Shown here one piece after another: positions 30,210 through 38,939 of a DNA stretch of 64,000 bases. This stretch comes from a virus, in IMG/VR virus record IMGVR_UViG_3300027151_000002, positions 32,001-96,000 of that record. One strand, written 5' to 3'. The stretch's first letter is position 1. Every line of letters begins with the position of its first letter. The position numbers and the translations under genes were made by a program. A model generated the notes under the pieces. The model was not told where the DNA came from and searched no databases. It worked only from the letters and a program-made list of their open reading frames with translations.

Positions 30210-30447
30210 GCTTTTCTTCCATCATTTCATGCTCTTCAACCATTGTTTCCATGGAGGCCATTATGCAGCTCTCAAAGAAGCCACAAGCCAAAATAAACTG
30301 CTTGAAATGTTCAATGATTTCAGGCATGTAAATGTTATGGAAAGAATAGGAGACTTTGGTTTCTCCTTCTTCGTAAAGAAAAGTGAAACGACTCATGGGA
30401 GAATCAGCGAAAGAATCGCCAAGATTGACAGAGCAAGGATCAGGCAT
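30184..30447 (-). CDS. hypothetical protein
   Basis: ORF in the leftward operon; true start probably at MSRFTF. Confidence 0.45.
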   Translation of the reverse strand: MPDPCSVNLGDSFADSPMSRFTFLYEEGETKVSYSFHNIYMPEIIEHFKQFILACGFFESCIMASMETMVEEHEMMEEKRAKSSLSN

Positions 30448-30584
30448 GTAAAGGTAACGAGAAGGAACAGGCCAAGAGGATCATTCGCCAAATAGGGCGG
30501 GAGGAAGCTCAGTAATTGGTAGGGCATCATCATCAATGCAAACTGCTCCAGCAAAGGCCCGCGCTAAGCGGGCCGCTGCTAGAT

Positions 30585-31538
30585 CTACTGCTTTTTTGCG
30601 ACGAAAGCTTTCATGCCATCAATAATGGCAGCAGTATCTTCAAGGCCACGCACGGCATTGATTTCTTCAGTCATTTCAGCTTTGCTAATGGCAATTTGCT
30701 CTTGCTTTGCCCATAGCGTCATCATTGCTGCGACGACGTTTCCGAAGGCTTGCCAGCTTTTGACTTCCGTGGCGCGAGCAAGTCCAATGCTTTCAAGAGC
30801 AGCTTTACCTGCAGCCATAGAAGCTTTCTCGTCGCCATAGTTCAACGGATTGGCTTTACACACTGCTGTAAGAGCTGCTTTTGCGTCGAAAGGCTCACTG
30901 GTCCCTGTATCGGCGGCGGCAGTAGGCCCTTCTTCTCCAACATCAGAAGTGCCACCAGTAGTGGCCGTCGCAGCCTTCTTGGCCGCACGAGCAGGCTTTG
31001 GGGCATCTTGCTGCAGCGCCGGTTTCGGCGCTTCTTCCTTCGGGATGTCCTCTCCGGCATAGAGACGAAGACCAAGGCCCGTGAACGTAGCGATGGCCTT
31101 GACGCTCGCACGTTGGATGTTGTCACTAATGGCACGGCCATCAAGCTGTTGAATAGAGTTGTGCTTCCTGTCCATCACGGGAAAGACAAGAGCAGGGGTG
31201 CGACGAATGCCGTCCGTGAGGTAGGGGCGAAGGATAAAAGCACCAGGCTCACCGAAGACGGGCCAGCCAAGAGTTTTCTCTTCAAAGGCCACAAAGAGCG
31301 TCGGGAAATGCTCCTTCAAATAGCGGAATGCAAATGGCCAGGACAAATAGGACAAGCCTTTGTAGTCCTTTTCAATGTGAGGGCCAATGTCTGGAGTGTC
31401 ATACGCAGCTTTAAAAGCTTCGGCGCTGATTTCCAGCGGGGTGAAGATGCCGTTGTAACGGTCGAGCATTGCTGCTTTTGCGGAGTCTTCCATGCTGGAA
31501 AAGTCGGACGGAGAATAAGTGAAGATAGTGTGGTTCAT
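30585..31538 (-). CDS. DUF1071 (Sak3-like) single-strand annealing recombinase
   Basis: GLSYLSW..A, PVMD.KHN, IQR..VKAIA..GLGL.LYAGED. Confidence 0.8.
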   Translation of the reverse strand: MNHTIFTYSPSDFSSMEDSAKAAMLDRYNGIFTPLEISAEAFKAAYDTPDIGPHIEKDYKGLSYLSWPFAFRYLKEHFPTLFVAFEEKTLGWPVFGEPGAFILRPYLTDGIRRTPALVFPVMDRKHNSIQQLDGRAISDNIQRASVKAIATFTGLGLRLYAGEDIPKEEAPKPALQQDAPKPARAAKKAATATTGGTSDVGEEGPTAAADTGTSEPFDAKAALTAVCKANPLNYGDEKASMAAGKAALESIGLARATEVKSWQAFGNVVAAMMTLWAKQEQIAISKAEMTEEINAVRGLEDTAAIIDGMKAFVAKKQ

Positions 31539-31810
31539 TCAATTGAAGCCACTGCTTTGTAACCAAAACCACGAGGTTGATATTCGCCATACATGATGAC
31601 AAACATCTTGTCTGGGTTTTCGTTCTTGGTGATAAGACTGTCACCAGGGAGAGGCCAGTCATTAATCACCCTCACATCAGTGGGCTCTTCAAGGTATTCA
31701 GGATCGTAGTTTTCAGAAATGACGCCTTCTTCCCATAGAATCTTCACTTCAGAATCGGGATGCTCAAGAAGAAACTCTTCGCAGGCAAGTTTAAGCTGAG
31801 AAACCTTCAT
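31535..31810 (-). CDS. hypothetical protein
   Basis: MKVSQLK N-terminus; coupled to its neighbours. Confidence 0.55.
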   Translation of the reverse strand: MKVSQLKLACEEFLLEHPDSEVKILWEEGVISENYDPEYLEEPTDVRVINDWPLPGDSLITKNENPDKMFVIMYGEYQPRGFGYKAVASIE

Positions 31811-32063
31811 AGTTTTCGATGGTGATGTCAGAAATGGAATAATCCTCGATCATGGAAAAAGCACCATCAGAAAGAGTGGCGCTACCTTCCCAGATGGGAG
31901 TGGAGCGAATGAGACGCTCCACTGTTTCACTCAGGCTTTGCCTTGCATCATGAGCGATGTTCTTCAGATGGGCGTAGGCAGTATCAGTGAGGGTGAAGTG
32001 GCGGCTCTTCTTTAGCTCGCCGTGATCAATGGTCATAGAACAGAGGGCCGAGAAGGTAACCAA
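31791..32063 (-). CDS. ribbon-helix-helix DNA-binding protein
   Basis: KSRHFTLTDTAYAHLKNIA...SLSETVERLIR; start probably MTIDHG (32036). Confidence 0.6.
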   Translation of the reverse strand: MVTFSALCSMTIDHGELKKSRHFTLTDTAYAHLKNIAHDARQSLSETVERLIRSTPIWEGSATLSDGAFSMIEDYSISDITIENYEGFSA

Positions 32064-32126
32064 TGCTGAAACCGATGATGGCGGCCAGCAAGAGTTCCAT
32101 GGTTTTGCCGTGCGAGGGACATGGCC

Positions 32127-32154
32127 AATATAGCCGTCATAGCCAGAGCGTCAA
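32127..32154 (-). promoter_or_regulatory. leftward sigma70-type promoter
   Basis: Minus strand TTGACG-N16-TATATT. Confidence 0.6.
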
Positions 32155-32193
32155 GGCTTGAAGCTAAAGCTGGCATGAAGAATTGCGAAAGCC

Positions 32194-32222
32194 TTGCAGC
32201 AGCAGGATTCTGGTGCTAGAAC
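32194..32222 (+). promoter_or_regulatory. rightward promoter for the primase-helicase
   Basis: TTGCAG-N17-TAGAAC with an extended TG; divergent from the 32127 promoter. Confidence 0.45.
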
Positions 32223-32243
32223 ACCCCCATCTCACCATCGCCC

Positions 32244-34259
32244 ATGGCTTTTTCCATTCTTGAACACCTCGCCAAACTGGAGCCGAGCGACCATGCAGGC
32301 AAATACATCTGCCCTGCGTGCGGTGGCAACGACCTGTCCGTGAACGAAGGGAACGGAGCATACAACTGCTTCAATGACGACAGTCCGAAGCATCGTGCAG
32401 AAATTCGTAACATTCTTGCTCCTCTAGAGCGCTGGGAACGTCCCATGCGCGAAGCAAAACGCTATTCGTTCCCCTATCAAAATCGCAATCGCGAAGACGT
32501 GATAGTCGTCACGCGAGATGACACTTCTGGCAAGAAAAGCATTTCGCAAGACTATCCCACTGCCAATAATGTAAGTGGCAAGCGTTCTGAAATTGTCAAA
32601 CAACTTCGCAAGAACGTTCTTCCCTATCGCTATTACGATGCCATTGAAGCATCAGCAGCTTCAGGCCTGCCCATCTTCATTGTTGAAGGCGAACTGACTG
32701 CTGATAGGCTTTGGGAAATCGGCCTGCCTTCTAGCACGTTTCTTGGTGGCAGCGGACAATATCGTGCGAACGGTGACTATTCGCAACTGTTTCGCGGGCA
32801 GAAAGTAGTTCTATGTCCTGATCGTGATGAGCCTGGCGTGGCTCTCATGAAGGAGGTGGCTGCAGACAATCCCAATGCGCAATGGTGCTACGCGGATCCA
32901 AGCAGCTTTGAATGGGACAATCTGCCTCAGAAAGGAGGCTATGACTTAGCCGACTGGCTTGATGATGGTGCAGATCAAGATGCCATTCTTTCATCCATCG
33001 TCTCAAAGGATAGGCACGAAGGGAAAGACGGGCTCCCTTCTTACGAGGAGATCATTGGCACGTTTGAGCGCATGGTTGGTCTCTACAACAACGATGCCCG
33101 CATTGCCTATGAAGCTCGCCAATGGATGGATGCTCATGGCGTCAAGCTGAATTCACAAGAAATCGACAAGCTGCTTTCTGAAGCACGCGGTCGCGTACAT
33201 GGCAAAGAGGAAATGGAAATCCTCGATGCAAAAGCAATTGCACAGTCTGAAGACTCAAGGAAGTGGACTATTGCTGGCATTCTTCCTGAAAGTAGCGTGA
33301 TGCTGCTAGCTGCAGCTCCCGGAAGTGGCAAGAGCACAATCGTCTACAACTGGGCTTTGCACGTTGCCACTGGTAAAGATTGGAGCAATCGCCGTTGCAA
33401 GAAAGGGAAAGTGCTCATCATTCAATGCGACGAGCCAGTTGTTGATGCTGCAGAAAAGCTTCAAATTATTGGCTACGACGATGATGCACTAGGCAATGGT
33501 CAGATTGATTTCATTGATCGCTGGCGCTTTAGTAACATCCCCCAGCTCCTTTCTTACGTGCAGCGCCACCAGCCACAGCTCATCATGATTGATAGTCTCA
33601 CTTCATGCTTGGCTGGCATGGATGTAGATCTCATCCGTTCTGATGCTGGTAATTGCATTTACGAACTGCGCGACATTGCCAATCAATATGGTTGCTCCAT
33701 TGTCATCCTTCACCACTTGAATAAAAGTGGTGGTATTCGTGATAGCTCCAGCTTTGAAGCCAACGTTAGTGAAGTGGTGAAACTCTATCGCACTGACAAT
33801 AATCCTGATTCAACGCAGTTCATGTTTGAATGGACCAAGAGCCGAAGTGGCTTAGCTGGTAAGCATTTCATGCAGCGTGATCCTGCCACTTATGGCTGGT
33901 ATTACAAAGGGCCTGCAGTGGGTGGCAATGAGAGCATGGATAATCTCGTCAATATGATCAACTCTCGCAAGCACGAGCGTTTCGATAGGAAGGCTGCTGC
34001 TAATGCTTCTGGCTCATGGGACACGGTAAGCGTGGGACGTTTGCTGGAAGTGGCACGTCGTCAAGGCTTGATTGACACCAGCTTCATTGTTGGTCCCAAT
34101 GGTGAACGCACCAGGATGTACCAAAGCTGGGCTTATGAAGCTCCAGATGTTGATTTTGAGCCTGTTCCCGCTCAGGAAGAAGCTCCCCAAGAAGAGCCTG
34201 TTCCCATTGTTCCCAATGAAAGTCTTCCCGAAGGGGAAGACGATGATGAGTGGTTCTGA
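32244..34259 (+). CDS. DNA primase-helicase (Zn finger + TOPRIM + RecA-like AAA_25)
   Basis: CPACGG...YNCF; IVEGE; CPDRDEPG; AAPGSGKST; IMIDSL; ILHHLNK. Confidence 0.9.
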   Translation: MAFSILEHLAKLEPSDHAGKYICPACGGNDLSVNEGNGAYNCFNDDSPKHRAEIRNILAPLERWERPMREAKRYSFPYQNRNREDVIVVTRDDTSGKKSISQDYPTANNVSGKRSEIVKQLRKNVLPYRYYDAIEASAASGLPIFIVEGELTADRLWEIGLPSSTFLGGSGQYRANGDYSQLFRGQKVVLCPDRDEPGVALMKEVAADNPNAQWCYADPSSFEWDNLPQKGGYDLADWLDDGADQDAILSSIVSKDRHEGKDGLPSYEEIIGTFERMVGLYNNDARIAYEARQWMDAHGVKLNSQEIDKLLSEARGRVHGKEEMEILDAKAIAQSEDSRKWTIAGILPESSVMLLAAAPGSGKSTIVYNWALHVATGKDWSNRRCKKGKVLIIQCDEPVVDAAEKLQIIGYDDDALGNGQIDFIDRWRFSNIPQLLSYVQRHQPQLIMIDSLTSCLAGMDVDLIRSDAGNCIYELRDIANQYGCSIVILHHLNKSGGIRDSSSFEANVSEVVKLYRTDNNPDSTQFMFEWTKSRSGLAGKHFMQRDPATYGWYYKGPAVGGNESMDNLVNMINSRKHERFDRKAAANASGSWDTVSVGRLLEVARRQGLIDTSFIVGPNGERTRMYQSWAYEAPDVDFEPVPAQEEAPQEEPVPIVPNESLPEGEDDDEWF

Positions 34260-34350
34260 CTGTCTCGCAATAGGAGGGAGGCTCTATTGCACAGCCTCCC
34301 CGCTGCCTACCGTAGCGAGCAGCTTTCTTCAGTATAGACAAAAGACTAAC

Positions 34351-34372
34351 GGGGGCTCAAGCCCCCTTTTTT
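34351..34372 (+). terminator. intrinsic terminator
   Basis: GGGGGC-TCAA-GCCCCC followed by T6. Confidence 0.8.
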
Positions 34373-34517
34373 GTGCCAATTTCCTCACTGGCCCTCTTGT
34401 GAAAATTTGGCGGGGGTGAGTAAACTGGTTCCGGAATGTCCCGCGAGTATCCCAGAGATCTCAGACGAGCATTCCAGGGGGCTACAAGCCTACGCTGCCT
34501 GGCCATCCAGAGCAAGC

Positions 34518-34636
34518 GGAGCCCCCCAGGGCGAAGCGCCTCGATCATCAGGCCAAGATTCCCTAAAAGGAACAGGCCAGACGAGGCCTCAAACCTCCGC
34601 AATGCCGCTCTAGCCAGAGTGGAGCCCCACAGGGCG
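34518..34636 (+). repeat. imperfect direct repeat GGAGCCCC(C/A)CAGGGCG, 2 copies
   Basis: 15/16 identical copies at 34518-34533 and 34621-34636. Confidence 0.7.
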
Positions 34637-34714
34637 GAACGTTCCAGACGAAAGGCAAACAAGCCTTCAAACAAAAAGAACGTTACTAACATTGCAAAGG
34701 AAACTACCAAAGCA

Positions 34715-34951
34715 ATGCTTCTACCGCCTCAGCCAGTAGAAAAGCTCCCTCTGCTGGAGCACAATGGAGCAGAAATTCTGCCAATCATTCATCACGGCTT
34801 TTCAAAACCCGCTAAAGGGCCGCAACCAGCGGCCCGTACGCTTTACGGAGCCCGTGATAACAATGGTGAGCGCCATTGGCGCGGAAGCTTGCATGAAATC
34901 CAGCAATTGATTGATGGTGGTTTCGCCGTGCAGGAGCAAGCCAATGCGTGA
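34715..34951 (+). CDS. hypothetical protein
   Basis: ATG at 34715 after an A-rich leader; the upstream part of track ORF 34436 looks non-coding. Confidence 0.5.
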   Translation: MLLPPQPVEKLPLLEHNGAEILPIIHHGFSKPAKGPQPAARTLYGARDNNGERHWRGSLHEIQQLIDGGFAVQEQANA

Positions 34952-35159
34952 ATTCTGCACCAACCCAAAGGATTGCATGGCTCTTGCTTACGAGCGTGAA
35001 GCTGAGCATGAAATGGACTCTCGCGGGCTAGATGCTGCTTATGCAGAAATCGTTGATAGCTTCCACAAAGAAATGGAAGAATTTATTAGGAAGTATTGCC
35101 CTAAAAAGCTAAATGAGTTTGATGATCTGTTAGAAAAAGCTTTCTGGCAGTATCATTGA
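34944..35159 (+). CDS. hypothetical protein
   Basis: MREFCTNP..., overlapping the previous stop. Confidence 0.5.
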   Translation: MREFCTNPKDCMALAYEREAEHEMDSRGLDAAYAEIVDSFHKEMEEFIRKYCPKKLNEFDDLLEKAFWQYH

Positions 35160-35162
35160 ACC

Positions 35163-35336
35163 ATGCTTAATTCAGGCGATGATCTTCAGCGTCTCATTGA
35201 TGATGCCATTCGTCGCCATGAAATCAGAGTGGCACTATGGAGCGGCGCATTAGGCGCCGCTCTTCTATTAGGCACGTTCCATGCCATTGCATTGCTTCGT
35301 CATGAATTACACTCCCTCACCATTGTCACAAGCTGA
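35163..35336 (+). CDS. small membrane protein (57 aa, not in the ORF track)
   Basis: MLNSGDDLQRLIDDAIRRHEIRVALWSGALGAALLLGTF...; one hydrophobic helix. Confidence 0.5.
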   Translation: MLNSGDDLQRLIDDAIRRHEIRVALWSGALGAALLLGTFHAIALLRHELHSLTIVTS

Positions 35337-35472
35337 ATGGGAAGAGCTTTGTATGTTGAAGCAAGCCATTGATGATGCTCCGGCCACTGTCGTGGCCTCG
35401 CGCATGGAACGTTTCACAGAATTATTTGTTCGTACTCTCCATGGAAAGGGAGATACCATGAGGGGCGCATAG
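35302..35472 (+). CDS. small hypothetical protein
   Basis: EWEELCMLKQAIDDAPATV...MERFTELFVRTL. Confidence 0.5.
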   Translation: MNYTPSPLSQAEWEELCMLKQAIDDAPATVVASRMERFTELFVRTLHGKGDTMRGA

Positions 35473-35514
35473 CCAAAAGCTTCGCTTACAATGCGAGAAG
35501 CAAAATAATAAAGA

Positions 35515-36270
35515 ATGCCTCGTCCTGAAATTGAATTTGCTACGCCTGAAGAAGAAGAGGCTTATGCACGAAAAGCTTTAGCAAAGGCTGGCGTTCCAAT
35601 TTCACAATACGAAGCCATTCGTGAGCATAAATCAAAAGGCGGTACAGCCGGTCCTGGCATCTACACCAAAGAGATGCTTGGCGTTAGGCGATGGATGGTG
35701 CAGGAGCTTCTTGCAGCAAAAATGAGCAATCGTCAGATTGCGAATGTTCTTAAACTCAGCAAAGAAACAGTTAATGGTGATCGCCATTTCAACCGCGATC
35801 TCTATACGCAAGAAATCTTGAAGAATCAAGATACGCACAGGGCGCGTCTCTTGAAAGAACAAATGGAGCTAAAAGACTTAGCTCTTCGTAGCTTTGAAAA
35901 TAGTAAGCGCAAGAAAGTAGTCACCATTATGGACGGTGGTGACGATGGTAGCAAGGAGATGGTGAAGATTGAAGAAAGTGCTGGCGACGCATCGTTCCTT
36001 AACGTGGCCAAGAATTCCCTGGTGGAACAAGCAAAGTTGCTTGGCTTGAACGAAATCAAGCAAGTGGAAAACCAAGACACCTCCTATAGGAAATTCCTGA
36101 AAGATTTGTCTTCCACCATTGAAAAGGAGAAGGAAGCCAAAGCAACGGAAGAACGCCGAAGCAATTCTCTTCCTGCGTCTGCTGAGACTATTAGCTTCGA
36201 TGCAGAACCAGAAAACGAGCCACTTCCTGACGCCATGCCTTTACAAACAATTAATGAAGATGACTATTGA
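35515..36270 (+). CDS. HTH protein, candidate terminase small subunit of segment A
   Basis: MSNRQIANVLKLSKETVNGD helix-turn-helix; GDASFL...QAKLLGL. Confidence 0.5.
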   Translation: MPRPEIEFATPEEEEAYARKALAKAGVPISQYEAIREHKSKGGTAGPGIYTKEMLGVRRWMVQELLAAKMSNRQIANVLKLSKETVNGDRHFNRDLYTQEILKNQDTHRARLLKEQMELKDLALRSFENSKRKKVVTIMDGGDDGSKEMVKIEESAGDASFLNVAKNSLVEQAKLLGLNEIKQVENQDTSYRKFLKDLSSTIEKEKEAKATEERRSNSLPASAETISFDAEPENEPLPDAMPLQTINEDDY

Positions 36271-36295
36271 CAATGGTCCTTAATGGGACCATTAT
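36267..36295 (+). promoter_or_regulatory. sigma70 promoter overlapped by an inverted-repeat operator
   Basis: TTGACA-N17-CATTAT; AATGGTCC-N6-GGACCATT at 36272-36293. Confidence 0.6.
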
Positions 36296-36318
36296 GAGCC
36301 CATCTTCTCCCTTTTCCA

Positions 36319-36744
36319 TTGGACGCTTTTGATTCCGTCGACCAGTTTCTACGGCAAGCTGTAGCCGCTAAAGATGGCAAGCGGCAAGCTATCGGCGCTT
36401 CAATCTCGCCTCACTTGCAGGACCATGGCACTGTAGGCATTCCGCCGAAACTGGCCAAGACCATAGAAGCCATGCTGCAGAAGCATGGCGACGAAACCTA
36501 CCGGCAAGTGGCCCTGTTCTGCCTGGGCAAATGGTTTGAGCTGCACATTGGCATGTTTGAGGAACTCATTGGTGAAGAGCCCAGTATGGCTTGTAGCTGC
36601 CTAATGGACTCCACTCGCATTGCTGATGCTCTCCATCTCCTTTCAGAAATTAATAGCATTGGAGGCGACGGCGGATGGCGCACCATGCTTGAAGAAACGC
36701 TCAGTCAGCACATTCTTGAAGAGCTTGAAGAGGAGAGTTGGTAA
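36319..36744 (+). CDS. hypothetical protein
   Basis: 141-aa helical ORF downstream of the promoter. Confidence 0.55.
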   Translation: MDAFDSVDQFLRQAVAAKDGKRQAIGASISPHLQDHGTVGIPPKLAKTIEAMLQKHGDETYRQVALFCLGKWFELHIGMFEELIGEEPSMACSCLMDSTRIADALHLLSEINSIGGDGGWRTMLEETLSQHILEELEEESW

Positions 36745-36914
36745 TGGCTGCAACGTGCCGCACATTCTTGATCACCACTTACGAAGGCAAGAAAATCGCC
36801 CTTGGGGCGATTTCCGCAAAACAAGCTGAACACTTTATGCTTGCCATGCGTCCCGATGTGAGGATTGCAATGATTGAAGAAATTCCTCCGCTTCCCGAAG
36901 ACCCCAAATTATGA
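36744..36914 (+). CDS. small hypothetical protein (56 aa, not in the ORF track)
   Basis: TAATG coupling; MAATCRTFLITTYEGKKIALGAISAKQAE... Confidence 0.5.
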   Translation: MAATCRTFLITTYEGKKIALGAISAKQAEHFMLAMRPDVRIAMIEEIPPLPEDPKL

Positions 36915-37083
36915 TTTTCTCTTTCCATTGCTCTGACATCACTGGGCATATTCGCCTGGGAGATTTCTGTTTTCAATGGAGAAATAGTTTTCTTCTTGGC
37001 ACAATGTATGACGGCTTTGGTGAAAGCCTTCTAATCATCGGCAATCGTTCTTTTCGTTTCGGACAATTCCGTTTCATCTAATC

Positions 37084-37503
37084 ATGGACTTTCAGCTCTC
37101 CCTTGTTGAAGAGCATTCTCTGCCTCGCATGGTTCACATTTGCATTCCTCCTCAATTGCGAGAAGAAGCACAAGCTTTAGCCATGGAGAATCCGCCCATT
37201 CATCCTGCATGGCGAAAGGCTCAACAACGTGGTAGACATTTTGTCATTGCCACCAATGAGCTAGATGACATTACGGAACTTGCCGACTTTGCTCGTACCA
37301 ACATTGAAGAGCCTGAAGGGCCGATGAGCAAGCCAAAGCGACAGGCTTATCAAATCCTGCTGGATAGGGCATTCAGGCATGCTGAGCTAATGCCAGTGGG
37401 CTCTTGCCATGCCATTGCCATTAAATGGCGAGACAAGCCTTTGCCTATCACCAAAAATCTAAGCATCGCCACACAGGCTTTGCGCAAGCCACGAGCTTTG
37501 TAA
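37084..37503 (+). CDS. hypothetical protein
   Basis: 139-aa ORF followed by a terminator. Confidence 0.55.
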   Translation: MDFQLSLVEEHSLPRMVHICIPPQLREEAQALAMENPPIHPAWRKAQQRGRHFVIATNELDDITELADFARTNIEEPEGPMSKPKRQAYQILLDRAFRHAELMPVGSCHAIAIKWRDKPLPITKNLSIATQALRKPRAL

Positions 37504-37515
37504 CGATTTATGAAC

Positions 37516-37539
37516 GGCCCCCTTGATAGGGGGCCTTTT
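37516..37539 (+). terminator. intrinsic terminator
   Basis: GGCCCCCT-TGAT-AGGGGGCC followed by TTTT. Confidence 0.7.
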
Positions 37540-37550
37540 GCTGGCACACT

Positions 37551-37928
37551 ATGCACATGCGACGGCGAACGTCGCTAGCCCTCTGCTTCACCATCGTGAC
37601 CGTCTCCTTCAATCACCTACTGCCCAACCATCCTGTTTCTGCTTTTAAGGATGGAGAGCTTGCCATGCACTTTGGCCAGCCAATGGTGACGCGCAGCTTC
37701 TCCATGGGAGATCTGCAAGAATTCATTTGCACCATTGAAAAGGCTATTGATGAAGAGCCTAACGTCGTGCAACAACTGGCCCTGGAGCGCATTCGTTGTG
37801 CTTTTGTTGTGAGCTTGGACATGCTCAAGCAGAATCATGAAGAGCTTCAAAAAGAGGCTCCTCTTGGTGCTGATTTTGAAGAATATCTAATGAACTACAA
37901 CAATGCCATTAAAGGAGGCAAACTGTGA
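37551..37928 (+). CDS. hypothetical protein
   Basis: Helical ORF; start uncertain. Confidence 0.5.
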   Translation: MHMRRRTSLALCFTIVTVSFNHLLPNHPVSAFKDGELAMHFGQPMVTRSFSMGDLQEFICTIEKAIDEEPNVVQQLALERIRCAFVVSLDMLKQNHEELQKEAPLGADFEEYLMNYNNAIKGGKL

Positions 37929-38101
37929 GCACGCCCAAAGATGTGCTTTCAGACGCTATTTTTAATTACTTTGATAATGACAATGGCGATGAGTTCATCA
38001 AAGATCTCGCGGAATTGTTGGCGCAAGATAGGGATCATCATCTTAGGAAATTTCGCGCTATCTCTCATGCCTACGAACAACTCTTTGGCCAAAGCTTCTG
38101 A
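37925..38101 (+). CDS. small hypothetical protein (58 aa, not in the ORF track)
   Basis: GTGA coupling and AAGGAGG RBS; MSTPKDVLSDAIFNYFD... Confidence 0.55.
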   Translation: MSTPKDVLSDAIFNYFDNDNGDEFIKDLAELLAQDRDHHLRKFRAISHAYEQLFGQSF

Positions 38102-38277
38102 TCCATTGTTGGATTGGGATTATGACAAACGAAGCGTGATGCAACTTGCTACGGCAAAGCTTGAACGTAGGCTTCAATACTGGCGAGAGAAAGAGCAGGA
38201 GGAAATCCTGAAGCGATATCGTCTCGTCACTTCCATCTAGCCAAATTGCCAATTTCTACACACTACGAGGTTCAACA

Positions 38278-38487
38278 ATGACTCAAGAACATCCCATCAC
38301 CCCAATGAGCGACTTCCACCCCGCACCATTCGATGACTTTTCCACCGAACTGCGCGATCCGTGGCCCGTTGTGGAGCGGCTACGCATGGCACTGCGCGAG
38401 GCCGAGCGCTACTGCCTCGGCGCTGAAAACACCACCGGGCAGTGCATCACATCCCTTCTTGAAATTCTTCCTGACGAAGATGACTGA
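38278..38487 (+). CDS. small hypothetical protein in the junction cassette
   Basis: 69-aa ORF; GAGG RBS. Confidence 0.5.
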   Translation: MTQEHPITPMSDFHPAPFDDFSTELRDPWPVVERLRMALREAERYCLGAENTTGQCITSLLEILPDEDD

Positions 38488-38740
38488 CTTCCGAGCGCTG
38501 TGCGCCCGCATGGCTGACGAGCTGGACCATTACCGGCAGCTTTTGATGGATGACCGACGCGAAGCACATGCGTTGGCGACAGAAGCCCGCGCCGCACTTG
38601 CTCAGCCCAAGCCGCCGAGCTTGAGGGAGCAGGCGCTAGATGCCCTCACCCTTCTATGCAAAGGGCCGGACGCAACAGCTTTTGTGACGTGTAGAGACAC
38701 CATCCGCCGTGCTCTCGAACAGCTTCCCGACAACGAGTAG
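38480..38740 (+). CDS. small hypothetical protein in the junction cassette
   Basis: MTDFRALCA...ARAALAQPKPPSLREQAL...IRRALEQLPD; ATG overlaps the previous ORF end. Confidence 0.55.
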   Translation: MTDFRALCARMADELDHYRQLLMDDRREAHALATEARAALAQPKPPSLREQALDALTLLCKGPDATAFVTCRDTIRRALEQLPDNE

Positions 38741-38765
38741 TCACCTTCACTAATTACGCCAACCC

Positions 38766-38939
38766 ATGCCCACCAAGCTCAAAGCCAGCACCCTCCCCGT
38801 CAACCTCACCGCCTACCAGCGCGCCATCGACGCCGCCGCTCGCACCGTTTCCGGTATCCCGCGCTGCCAGCTAGAGGCCATCGTCGCCGCTGCCATCACC
38901 GCCATTGGCAAACCAACAGATGACAACCAAGCGGCCTGA
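38766..38939 (+). CDS. small hypothetical protein (57 aa, not in the ORF track)
   Basis: MPTKLKASTLPVNLTAYQRAIDAAAR...; first ORF of the C-rich segment B. Confidence 0.5.
   Translation: MPTKLKASTLPVNLTAYQRAIDAAARTVSGIPRCQLEAIVAAAITAIGKPTDDNQAA

Larger units (their letters stand above)
1..38250. mobile_element. Phage segment A: siphovirus-like (probably cyanophage) tail, lysis, nucleotide-metabolism and replication modules
   Basis: Chaperone-TMP-tail tip-fibre-lysin order, thyX/dcd/primase-helicase, AT-richer composition; no capsid, portal or TerL gene in this segment. Confidence 0.85.

Noticed and set aside
34436-34714. N-terminal part of the 171-aa track ORF
   Set aside because: Arg/Pro/Ser-rich translation over repeats; a better start lies at 34715
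37941-38240. 99-aa track ORF as a full gene
   Set aside because: Its 5' half overlaps the better-supported 37925-38101 ORF; only the 3' ~50 codons may be real
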